Assembly: GCA_963737655.1 (NCBI GenBank)
Contig: CAVTTN010000002.1
Coordinates: 2,112,001-2,176,000, forward strand
Length of the DNA stretch: 64,000 nt
Source of the DNA: an uncultured Planctomycetota bacterium
GTDB lineage: Bacteria > Planctomycetota > Planctomycetia > Isosphaerales > Isosphaeraceae
Direction: 5' to 3'
Shown: piece by piece, positions 1-8,417 of the stretch
Position numbering within the stretch: the stretch's first letter is position 1
How the letters are laid out: each line of letters begins with the position of its first letter
The notes under the pieces: generated by a model
Database searches by the model: none
What the model saw: only the letters and a program-made list of their open reading frames with translations
Told to the model about the DNA's origin: nothing
Made by a program: the position numbers and the translations under genes

Positions 1-698
1 GCCTCGAACTCATGGAGTCGTTCGCGAAGGAGTTCCGAAGCACCCGCCCCGGGGTCTCCCCCGCGAGCCACGAGGACGCCTATCAGCGCGCCGTGAAGAT
101 GATGAGATCGCCGGCCGCCCGGGCCTTCGAGCTCGACGAGGAATCCGACGCCGTCCGCGACGCCTACGGCCGCAACCCGTTCGGCCAGGGCTGCTTGCTG
201 GCACGGCGGCTGGTGGAGCGCGGCGTCCCGTTCGTCGAGGTCACGCTCTCCAGCGTCGACGGCCGCAACGGCCTGGGCTGGGACACCCACGCCCAGAACT
301 TCGACGCCGTGAAGGCCCTCTGCGGGGTCCTCGACTCCGGCTGGGCGACCCTCATGAATGACCTCCGCGCCCGGGGATTGCTCGAGGATACCCTGATCGT
401 CTGGATGGGCGAGTTCGGCCGGACCCCGAAGATCAACGAGAACGCCGGCCGCGACCACTTCCCCAACGCCTGGTCCACCGTCCTGGCGGGCGGGGGGATC
501 AAGGGCGGCCAGGCGATCGGCGACACCGGGGCCGACGGCGAGACCGTCAAGGATCGCCCGATCGCCGTGCCCGACCTGCTCGCCACCGTGGTCAAGGCGC
601 TCGGGCTCGACCCGATGGCCCAGAACATCGCCGAGAACGGCCGGCCGATCCGGCTGGTGGACCCCAAGGCCAAGACGATCCTCGAGGCCCTCGCATGA
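1..698 (+). CDS. DUF1501 domain protein (5'-truncated by window edge)
   Basis: Motifs YGRNPFGQGCLLARRLVERGVPFVEV, GWDTH, WMGEFGRTPKIN, GRDHFP, LAGGGIKGG typical of planctomycete DUF1501. Confidence 0.9.
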   Translation, partial: LELMESFAKEFRSTRPGVSPASHEDAYQRAVKMMRSPAARAFELDEESDAVRDAYGRNPFGQGCLLARRLVERGVPFVEVTLSSVDGRNGLGWDTHAQNFDAVKALCGVLDSGWATLMNDLRARGLLEDTLIVWMGEFGRTPKINENAGRDHFPNAWSTVLAGGGIKGGQAIGDTGADGETVKDRPIAVPDLLATVVKALGLDPMAQNIAENGRPIRLVDPKAKTILEALA

Positions 699-2383
699 CC
701 CCCCTCGCCGCGATCCTGATCCTCGGCCTCGTCGCGCCCGAAGACCCGGCCGATGGGGCCGCCCGCGACCTCATGATCCTGGGCGAGACCCGGCCGATCC
801 TCCTCCGAATCCGCGTGAAGATCGGCGACCGCCCGTTCGGCGACGCCTGGAAGGAGGCCACCCGCGGCCTCCTCCTCGGCCTCGACCGCGACAAGGACGG
901 CAAGGTCACGATCGACGAGGCCGAGAAGGGCGGGCTCGCCGCGTCTCTCGGCCCGGCCCCCGCCAACGGCCAGGCCAAGCCCGTCGCCGGCCTCGACGCG
1001 AACAAGGACGGCGCGATCTCCGAGGACGAGCTGGCCGAGGCCCTCCGGGCCGCCGCGAGCGGCCCGTTCCGCCTCGCGGTCGAGGGCCTGACCGACCGCC
1101 GGACCGACGCCCTGTTCGACCACCTCGACCGCGACAAGGACGGCGAGCTCTCCCGCCCCGAGATGGAGGCGATCATCGGCTCCCTCCACCGGCTCGACCG
1201 CAACGCCGACGAACTGATCGACGCCGGGGAGATCGAGATCGTCGCCCCGCCGGCCGCCTCGATGGCCGGCCGGCCGTCGAGCGATCCCGGAGTCCCCGCC
1301 GTCCTCGAACTCGGCCCCGAGGAGTCGCCCGCGAGGCTCACTCGGGTTCTCATCAAGAAATATGACGTTGGGTCAAGCCGAGGGCCCGGTCGGCGAGACT
1401 CCAAGCTCTCGGCCGAGGAGTTCGCCATCGGCGAATCGGCGTTCGCCTCCGCCGACGCCAACAAGGACGGCCTCCTGACGGCCGACGAGCTCCGGACCTA
1501 CCTGGAGAAGGCCCCGAGAGACGCCATCATCGACGTGAGCCTCTCGCCCGACGCCTCGGGCCACGCCTCGGCCCGGGTTCGCGGAGGCGACGGCGGGCCT
1601 CCTCCGGCCGGGATGACGGTCCGGCAACTGGGCGAGGAGGCCGTGGAGATCGACCTCGGCACGATCCGGCTCGACCTCATCGCCGACGACGGCGCCGGGG
1701 CCCTCGAAGCGGCCCGAAAGGGCTTTCAGGAACGCTTCAAGGCCGCCGATTCCGACGCCAACGGCTACCTCGAACCGGACGAGGTGGGGGTCGGAGACAA
1801 CGGACTGCCCTCGCCGTTCGCCGGGCTGTTCAAGTCGCTGGATCGAGACGACGACAACAAGGTCTATCACAACGAGATCGACGATTTCCTCGCCCAGCAG
1901 GCCGCCGCGGCCCGAGGCCGGGTCATCATGACGGCCTCGAACGAGGGCCGGGCCCTGTTCGGGATGCTCGACCTGGACCGGGACCGCCGTCTCGGGGCCC
2001 GCGAGGTCCTCGAAACCTTCGCCCGGCTCTCGGCCTGCGACCGGGACACCAACGGCCGGGTCACCCCCGAGGAAATCCCCCACCACATCGCCCTGACGCT
2101 CACCCGAGGCGACCTCTCGGCCCTCCTCATGGCCCCCTTGCCCAACGGAGTCGTCGCGGCCAACAACGCCCGAACGCTGCCCACGCCCAGGCCCACCCGA
2201 CCGGCCGCCGGCCCCACCTGGTTCCGCAAGATGGACCGCAACCGAGACGGCGACGTCTCCCGACGAGAATTCCTCGGGACCCGAGAGCAATTCGCCCGCC
2301 TCGACACCGACCACGACGGCCTGATCGGCCCCGCCGAGGCCGACGCGGCCACCAAGGACAAGGCGGACCCGCCGAAGCCGTAG
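695..2383 (+). CDS. Secreted multi-EF-hand Ca2+-binding protein
   Basis: Hydrophobic N-terminus; about 11 DxDxDG-type loops (DRDKDGKVT, DANKDGAIS, DRDKDGELS, DANKDGLLT, DRNRDGDVS, DTDHDGLIG etc.); ATGA overlap with the DUF1501 stop. Confidence 0.85.
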   Translation: MTPLAAILILGLVAPEDPADGAARDLMILGETRPILLRIRVKIGDRPFGDAWKEATRGLLLGLDRDKDGKVTIDEAEKGGLAASLGPAPANGQAKPVAGLDANKDGAISEDELAEALRAAASGPFRLAVEGLTDRRTDALFDHLDRDKDGELSRPEMEAIIGSLHRLDRNADELIDAGEIEIVAPPAASMAGRPSSDPGVPAVLELGPEESPARLTRVLIKKYDVGSSRGPGRRDSKLSAEEFAIGESAFASADANKDGLLTADELRTYLEKAPRDAIIDVSLSPDASGHASARVRGGDGGPPPAGMTVRQLGEEAVEIDLGTIRLDLIADDGAGALEAARKGFQERFKAADSDANGYLEPDEVGVGDNGLPSPFAGLFKSLDRDDDNKVYHNEIDDFLAQQAAAARGRVIMTASNEGRALFGMLDLDRDRRLGAREVLETFARLSACDRDTNGRVTPEEIPHHIALTLTRGDLSALLMAPLPNGVVAANNARTLPTPRPTRPAAGPTWFRKMDRNRDGDVSRREFLGTREQFARLDTDHDGLIGPAEADAATKDKADPPKP

Positions 2384-2513
2384 GGATCGCGGCGCTTAAG
2401 GGATGTTTTCATCCGAAATCGGCGCTGGTTCCTCATTCCGAGGCGAGAATGAGGAACCAGCGCCGATTTCGATCGGTCAGGCCCCGTTGACGCGGCCGGG
2501 AAAGGACGGGACG

Positions 2514-2771
2514 ATGAACTCGGAGCCACTCGGACAGAACGCTCTGGGAGAGATGCTCACCGCCGAGGAGATCGCGTCCCGCTTTGCCCCGGAATGGGTC
2601 CTGATCGGCGACCCCCGGACCGGCGCCGAGCAAAGGCTCCTGGGAGGCCGGGTCCTCGATCACAGCCCGGATCGCGACGAGATCGATCGCAAGGCCAGGG
2701 AACTGCACCTCCACGAGATCGCCGTGCGGTTCCTGGGAACCTGGCCCGACGACATGGCCTTGGTCCTGTGA
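2514..2771 (+). CDS. Small hypothetical protein (DUF5678-like, putative antitoxin-type partner of aspartyl protease)
   Basis: 85 aa from ATG 2514; EWVLIGDP...GRVLDHSPDRDEI pattern; stop overlaps the GTG of the next gene (GTGA). Confidence 0.6.
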   Translation: MNSEPLGQNALGEMLTAEEIASRFAPEWVLIGDPRTGAEQRLLGGRVLDHSPDRDEIDRKARELHLHEIAVRFLGTWPDDMALVL

Positions 2772-3154
2772 GCGCCCACGTTTTCCACGCATAATCCGGC
2801 CCGATCCTGGTCGAGGTCGAGGCGGTCGGGCCGACCGGGAAGGCCAACCTCCGACTTTCGCTAGCCACCGGGGCGACCACGAGCCTCCTCAACCTCGCAG
2901 CCGTTCTTTACCTGGGGTTCGTCCCCGACAACTCGCCACAACGAGTTCGCATGACGACGGGCAGCCAGGTCGAAGACGTCCCCGTCATCGTCCTGACGCG
3001 GCTCAGCGCCCTCGCTCAGCACCGATTCGGCTTCCCCGTGATCGCGCACGCGCTTCCCCCAAGCACCGCCATCGACGGGCTACTTGGCCTGGATTTCCTC
3101 CGCAACGGCGTGCTGACCATCGACTTCCGGGCGGGGCAACTCACCATGGAATGA
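2768..3154 (+). pseudogene. Retropepsin-like (clan AA) aspartyl protease, inactivated
   Basis: Frame from GTG 2768 reads MSAHVFHA*SGPILVEVEAVGPTGKANLRLSLATGATTS...IDGLLGLDFLR. In-frame TAA at 2792-2794; catalytic DTGA reads ATGA (GCC at 2864-2866). Confidence 0.75.
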
Positions 3155-3255
3155 ATCGACGACCGGTATACGGCGGTCTTATGTTTGGCGGAGAGGCTGC
3201 CGACGAGCGCGCGGACCTGGTCCGGTTCGAGTTATATTTGCATTTCTTGAGAATC

Positions 3256-4974
3256 TTAAGGCACCTGCCGATTCAGCTTCAGCAGGACCCGTTCGGCGCG
3301 GAAGACGATCTCGATGTCTTTCTCCCTGAGCGCGTCCTCCAGGACGGGGACGGCGACCGGACCCATTTCGAAGAGCTGGGTTTCGGCGTCTTCTCGGGAT
3401 TTGGGGGCGGTGTCTCCTAGCTTCTTCACGAGCTCTCTTGCCCGGTCCTGGAGGCGGGGATCGACTCCGTGGGAGACGACCAGGGCGGTCCTCACGAACT
3501 TCTTGGGCGTGGGGAAGACGTCGAGCAGGAGGATCTCGTCGATCGCCTCCCGGGAGAGGTGCGTGAGGACGATCAGCCCCTTGGGCTCGAACAGCGAGGG
3601 GGCGTACTGGTCGAGGTAGGTCTGGGTGACCTCGGGTCGGAGGCCCTGGGCGGCGAGGCGTCGGGCGTAGGTGTCCCGGGTGATCTCTCGGTAGGAGGGG
3701 TCGGAGGGCTTGAGCGGCTGGGAGAGCGAGAGCTTGACCGGCGGGCCTTCGATCACCGCTTTCTTGTTGGTCTCGGCGGCGAGGCGGGCGGCCGTGGTGA
3801 TGAAGAGGCTGCCGTCGTCGGCGATCCGGTAGCTCAGGCCGATGGTGCCGATCGTCTCGGCCAGGGCGTCGCGGGCGGCGATGCCCCCGGGGGCCTTCAG
3901 GGTCATCGGCTGGCCGAGGTCGATGTTGGCTTCCTTCAGGGTGGGGTCGTCGGTCTCGTACCGGAATCGGGCCTGGGCGGCGATCAGGGCGAGGACCTCG
4001 CTCCGGGGCACCTTGTCGGCGTCCACGTTCACGGCGCGGTTGAGGGCCTGATCGACCCGGGCGCGGATGTTGGCGTCGCCTTCGGCCGGGAGGGGCTTGG
4101 CCTTGGGCTTTTCCTTCGCCTTGTCCTTGTCCTTGTCCTTGCTCTTGAGGTCGGCCTCGGCGGCCTCGAAGACGGCCTCGGCGGCCTTGGCCTTGGTCTC
4201 GGGCTTGTCCTTGTCCTGCTCCTTCTGCTTCTTTTCCTTGTCCTTGGCGGCGACTTCCTCGGGCGTTTCGCCGGGAATTCCCGGGGGGAGGGCGTCGAGC
4301 CAGCCGACGCGGAAGGCCCCGCCCTCGACCGGGACGATCACGGCGACGTCGAGGAGCTTGTGGTTCGTGAGGTTCTGGAGCGTGTATTCCTCGGGGCCTC
4401 CGCGGATCTTCACCGGGATCGGGACGTTGACCTCGGCGTCGTAGGCGAGGAAGCGCTCGGTGCGGGTCTCGTGCTTGAAGTGGAGGGCCGAGTCGGTCTT
4501 GCGGAGCTTCGTCAGCCAGTGGTCCTCGGGCAGGAAGCCGGGGGTGATCCCCGCCGGGGCGGAGGCGAGGAGGTCGGTCTTGAACCAGCGGAGGCCGTCG
4601 CTCCTCTCGGTGGCCTGGGGCCAGTGGGATTGGAGGATGGCCTTCTTGGTCCGCAGGTCGATGTCGATATCTTTCGTCGGCTCGCCGAACGCCTGGACGA
4701 CGGTGATCGGGGCGACGGCGAACTTGCGGTCGAGCTCGGGGCCTTCGACCTTCGGCCGGATCGTGCCCACGGGCCCGGGCATGGCGTTGCGGTAGACCCG
4801 CGAGGCATTGAGCGAGGCCTGCGCGGGGCTGCCGACCCAGACCGACCACTCGTAGACCTCGACCGGGGGCTGGGGGCGGTCCTCGCCGCCGAGGAGGGCG
4901 GAGGCGAAGACCAGGACGGCCGCCGGCACCGGCGCGAGGATTCGGGCGAGCTTCGGACGGGGGGATCGGCTCAT
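3256..4974 (-). CDS. Exported protein with secretin-N/STN-like domain and C-terminal HEAT repeats
   Basis: Start MSRSPRPK at ATG 4974 (ATGA overlap with upstream gene); signal-like segment; K/E-rich linker; LNRAVNVDADKVPRSEVL...GLSYRIADDGSLFITT; HEAT-like REDAETQLFEMGPVAVPVLEDAL. Confidence 0.7.
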   Translation of the reverse strand: MSRSPRPKLARILAPVPAAVLVFASALLGGEDRPQPPVEVYEWSVWVGSPAQASLNASRVYRNAMPGPVGTIRPKVEGPELDRKFAVAPITVVQAFGEPTKDIDIDLRTKKAILQSHWPQATERSDGLRWFKTDLLASAPAGITPGFLPEDHWLTKLRKTDSALHFKHETRTERFLAYDAEVNVPIPVKIRGGPEEYTLQNLTNHKLLDVAVIVPVEGGAFRVGWLDALPPGIPGETPEEVAAKDKEKKQKEQDKDKPETKAKAAEAVFEAAEADLKSKDKDKDKAKEKPKAKPLPAEGDANIRARVDQALNRAVNVDADKVPRSEVLALIAAQARFRYETDDPTLKEANIDLGQPMTLKAPGGIAARDALAETIGTIGLSYRIADDGSLFITTAARLAAETNKKAVIEGPPVKLSLSQPLKPSDPSYREITRDTYARRLAAQGLRPEVTQTYLDQYAPSLFEPKGLIVLTHLSREAIDEILLLDVFPTPKKFVRTALVVSHGVDPRLQDRARELVKKLGDTAPKSREDAETQLFEMGPVAVPVLEDALREKDIEIVFRAERVLLKLNRQVP

Positions 4975-7745
4975 TTTCCGCTCGCGGCAGGGGGTGTCGG
5001 GGTCGTCGTCGGGGGCGGCGTCGGGGGCGGAGAGGTCTTCGCCGGGGCCTTGCGGTAGAGGCGGGCGTCGGCCCAGATCACTCGGTCGCCGATGTCTTCG
5101 TCGGCCCCGAAATCGACGAGGAGCTTCAGTTGCTCGGCCCCGGCCACGGGCAGGGAGAGCTTGACCGGAGGGCCGTCGGCGCGGAGGTCGGGGTTGCCGT
5201 AGATTTCCTTGCCGTCGGCGAAGACGCGACACTCGACCCGGCCCCGCTTCTTCGACGCCTCGTCGAACCCGACCTCGGCCTCGAACGTGGCGAACTTGCG
5301 GTCGAGGTCGTAGGTCAGGGCGGTCCGCGAGTGGACGGCCAGGCCCTTGTCGAGGGCGCGGCCGTCGAGCTTCAGGGGTCCGCCTTCGAGGTTCACGTCG
5401 CGGCGATGGGGGACCTTGCGGCCGAAGTAGGGGGTCTCCTCGACCAGAGACGGGGTCAGGTCGGACAGGTAGGCCATCTGGCCGCCCCGGAAGCGGACGG
5501 TCTGGACGTCGTTGGCCGGGAGCTTGATCGTCTGGCCCCAGGGGGCCTCGACTTCCCAGGTGGTCGCGTCGATCTTCTTCCACTTGCCGGAGACCGCGAT
5601 CCCCCCGGCGAGGCGGAACGTGGCCAGGACGTCGGCCGGGGGCTTCGGCGTCGGCCGTTTGGCGAGGATGAACCCCTCGACGCCCTTGAGCGGGAGGGAC
5701 CGGCTCTTGCCCTGGTACTGGAAGGTGAGCTTATTTTCCTTCGATCCCTCGACGACCCCGGCGATGGCGACGACCTCGCCATCCTTCGCGCGAGCCAGCA
5801 GCAGGTCTTCGGCCCCCCGGGATTTCAGCCGTTTGGCGAACGCTTCGGGCGATTCCTTGTGGTCGGCCATCCCCATGAAGACGCCGAGGACTCGGGCCAT
5901 CGGGACGTCGAGGCGGTCGCCCCAGGGGGTGCTGAGGGTCAGGGCGTCCTCGGTGATCGCTTCGAGCTGGCCGTAGAGCTGCTCGTCGTCGGCGAGGAAG
6001 ACGCGGGCGTCGAGCGCCGGGGCGGGCGCGGAGGCGTCGAAGGCCAGCTTGGGGTCGGAGTGGCCGGTGGCCTTGATCTGGATGTTCGCGTTCTGGTTGT
6101 CCGCGTACATCAGGTTGACCATGAACTGCTTGTCGTTGACGTCCCCTTCGGCGGGCGGTTCGAGGAAGAGGTCGGCCCAGGAGTCGTTGCCGGAGCGGCG
6201 GATGGTCAGCGGCCAGGCCTGGGGGTTGCCGGTGGTGTCGAGTTGCCAGGAGGCCTGGCCCTTGTCGGTGGGGCACTGGATCATGACCTGGCGGATCGGC
6301 TGGTCCCGGAGGCCGGAGAGCGCGAGGTGGAGGTCTCGGATGCCGTTGGGCTTGGGCTCGATCTTCACGGCCTTGGGCGGGGCGACGGTGCCGGGAGGGG
6401 GGACGGAAAGATCGTCGCCGACGCCTTTCTTCTCGTCCTTGGGCTCTTTCGAGTCCTTGGCGTCCTTCGAGTCCTTGGCGTCCTTCGAGTCCTTGGCCTC
6501 CTTCGCCGGATCGCCGACGGGCCCCGTGGTATCGACGTTCGGCTGGCCGAGGAAGCGGCCGGAGGGCGTGGCGGCGCGTTCGAAGGTGATGCTCTCGACC
6601 TCATCCAGGGGGATCTTGGCCTTGGGCTTGGGCGGCTCGGGCGGGGTCGCGGGCTTGGCCTCGGCGTTCTTTGCCTCGGCGGCCTTCGAATCCGGGGCGT
6701 TCGGCTTCTCCGCGTCGGCCTTCTTCACCTCCGCTTTCGCGGTGGCCGGTGCAGGAGCCGGAGCGGCGGCCGGCGCCGGGGCGGCGACGGCGACCACGGC
6801 ACCCGGAGCGGCCGGGACCGGAACGGCGACCATGGCCCCCGGCGGGACGGGCGCCGGGGTCGGACCCGGCTGCGGGGCCGCCGGATTCGCCGGGTTGGGG
6901 GCGGGCGCGGCCGGCGGGGGCCCGCCGACGACGAGCGTGCCCCCTTCCAGGGCCGTCGGGTCGCCGTGGACGACCGTGCCGAAGACGGTCCGCACCGCCG
7001 TGCCCTCGCCGCTGATCCGGTCGGCGTGGATCGTGACGTCGCGGAACAGGACGTCCACCGGCGACGCCCCGTTGCGGTTGGAGACGAACAGCTTCACGCC
7101 CGCGATGTCGCCGGGGCCGATCTCGAACTGACCGACCTCTCGGGCCTGGGCGGCCATCTCGTCGAAGACCTGATAATGGAGCTTCGGCCCCTTGCGGACG
7201 AGTTCCAGGCGGATCGATCGGCCCCTGGCGGGGAAGGTGTGGCGCTCGGGCTTGGCGGCGGCCTGGGGCATGCCGCCCCCGAATGGGTTGAAGACCCGAA
7301 TTCGCCGGCCCATCATCATCGGCTGGGGGCCGCCGCCCATCGGCCCTCCTTCGCGGTGGAGGGGGCGATAGACCTCCTTGCCGTCGGGCTCGACCTCGCG
7401 GAGGAACGTCGCGTCGGGCTGGTCGAGGTTCTGGGTCGCGATGGCCAGGCCGATGGCGGCCCCGTCTTCCTGGGCCGGCTTGGGGAGCGTCTTGATTTCG
7501 ATCGCGGCGACGATCGAAAAATCGCCGCCGAACCGGGGGCCTTGCGGGGACTTCCAGCCGGCCTCGGGCTCGCCCGGCTTGACCGTCACGCGGAGGCCGT
7601 CGGCCTCCCGGACGAGCCCCTTCTTGTCGCCGAACGATTCGGCGTCGAGGGCGGCCTGGTCGAACGCCTTCTCGGCGAAGGGCCGCACGTAGTCCCCCGC
7701 CCCGACGGTCGCCAGGCCAGCCCACAGGATCGCGGCACCGAGCAT
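4971..7745 (-). CDS. Exported protein with C-terminal NPCBM/NEW2 domain and Pro/Ala- and Lys-rich linkers
   Basis: YLSDL...KGLAVHSRTALTYDL...FEAEVGFD...VFADG...QLKLLVDFG..GDRVIWADARL is NPCBM-like; signal peptide present. Confidence 0.8.
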   Translation of the reverse strand: MLGAAILWAGLATVGAGDYVRPFAEKAFDQAALDAESFGDKKGLVREADGLRVTVKPGEPEAGWKSPQGPRFGGDFSIVAAIEIKTLPKPAQEDGAAIGLAIATQNLDQPDATFLREVEPDGKEVYRPLHREGGPMGGGPQPMMMGRRIRVFNPFGGGMPQAAAKPERHTFPARGRSIRLELVRKGPKLHYQVFDEMAAQAREVGQFEIGPGDIAGVKLFVSNRNGASPVDVLFRDVTIHADRISGEGTAVRTVFGTVVHGDPTALEGGTLVVGGPPPAAPAPNPANPAAPQPGPTPAPVPPGAMVAVPVPAAPGAVVAVAAPAPAAAPAPAPATAKAEVKKADAEKPNAPDSKAAEAKNAEAKPATPPEPPKPKAKIPLDEVESITFERAATPSGRFLGQPNVDTTGPVGDPAKEAKDSKDAKDSKDAKDSKEPKDEKKGVGDDLSVPPPGTVAPPKAVKIEPKPNGIRDLHLALSGLRDQPIRQVMIQCPTDKGQASWQLDTTGNPQAWPLTIRRSGNDSWADLFLEPPAEGDVNDKQFMVNLMYADNQNANIQIKATGHSDPKLAFDASAPAPALDARVFLADDEQLYGQLEAITEDALTLSTPWGDRLDVPMARVLGVFMGMADHKESPEAFAKRLKSRGAEDLLLARAKDGEVVAIAGVVEGSKENKLTFQYQGKSRSLPLKGVEGFILAKRPTPKPPADVLATFRLAGGIAVSGKWKKIDATTWEVEAPWGQTIKLPANDVQTVRFRGGQMAYLSDLTPSLVEETPYFGRKVPHRRDVNLEGGPLKLDGRALDKGLAVHSRTALTYDLDRKFATFEAEVGFDEASKKRGRVECRVFADGKEIYGNPDLRADGPPVKLSLPVAGAEQLKLLVDFGADEDIGDRVIWADARLYRKAPAKTSPPPTPPPTTTPTPPAASGK
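6448..6501. repeat. 18-bp coding tandem repeat x3 (KDSKDA units)
   Basis: ttcgagtccttggcgtcc repeated three times, last copy with one mismatch, in frame in the NPCBM protein. Confidence 0.85.
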
Positions 7746-7806
7746 CGGAAGTCCCCGAGGTGATTCGTCGGGACCGGCCCCGAGGCCGGTCCGGGGTCGG
7801 GTCGGA

Positions 7807-8385
7807 TCAGCGCTTGGCGGGCGGGGCGGCGGGCCTGGGCTTCGGCGTCTCGGCCTTCGCCGCGTCGGCCTCGGCCTTCTCCTTCGCCTTGGCCCCGTCT
7901 CCGCCGCTCTTGGCCGATTTCTCCTCGGCCAGCCGGCGATAGTACCGCTCCAGGACGGTGCGGTATTCGGGCGGGAACCCTTCGGTCATGGACTGGAGGA
8001 TGCGGTCGCGCTCGCGATCGGAGAGCTTGGCCCAGTCCTTGCCCGACTCGTCCGGGTTGACCAGGTCGCCGATCTCGCCGTTGCCCTGGCTGATCATCGA
8101 GTCGTTCATCCCGCGAGTCGGGCGGTTCCTCTTGATCCCGGCGCGGGTCTGTTCGAGCCGTTTTTCCAGGGAGGCGATGAGCTCGTCGAGGTCGTGGACG
8201 ATGACCTTCTGCTCCCCCTGGACGGGGGAGCCGGTCTGCTTCTTGCCGAGGGAATCGACGACCCCGCCCATCTTCGAGGCGATCTCGTCGGCGGCGGGGG
8301 GCTGCTGGGCGTTCGCCGAGGGCGCCGCGATCAGGGCCGACAGCGACGCGACGCCAGCCAGCGCGATCATCCGGTTCCGAGTCAT
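7807..8385 (-). CDS. Exported helical protein resembling the C-terminal module of DUF4175-type proteins
   Basis: GGAGGT RBS before ATG 8385; signal peptide ending ANA-Q; DWAKLSDRERDRILQSMTEGFPPEYRTVLERYYRRLAE. Confidence 0.75.
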   Translation of the reverse strand: MTRNRMIALAGVASLSALIAAPSANAQQPPAADEIASKMGGVVDSLGKKQTGSPVQGEQKVIVHDLDELIASLEKRLEQTRAGIKRNRPTRGMNDSMISQGNGEIGDLVNPDESGKDWAKLSDRERDRILQSMTEGFPPEYRTVLERYYRRLAEEKSAKSGGDGAKAKEKAEADAAKAETPKPRPAAPPAKR

Positions 8386-8417
8386 GGTCACCTCCGATCC
8401 GGGGAATTCCGAAAGGT

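Noticed and set aside
3151..3420. 89-aa plus-strand ORF after the protease pseudogene
   Set aside because: Mostly antisense to the 3' end of the HEAT protein gene; no supporting motif.
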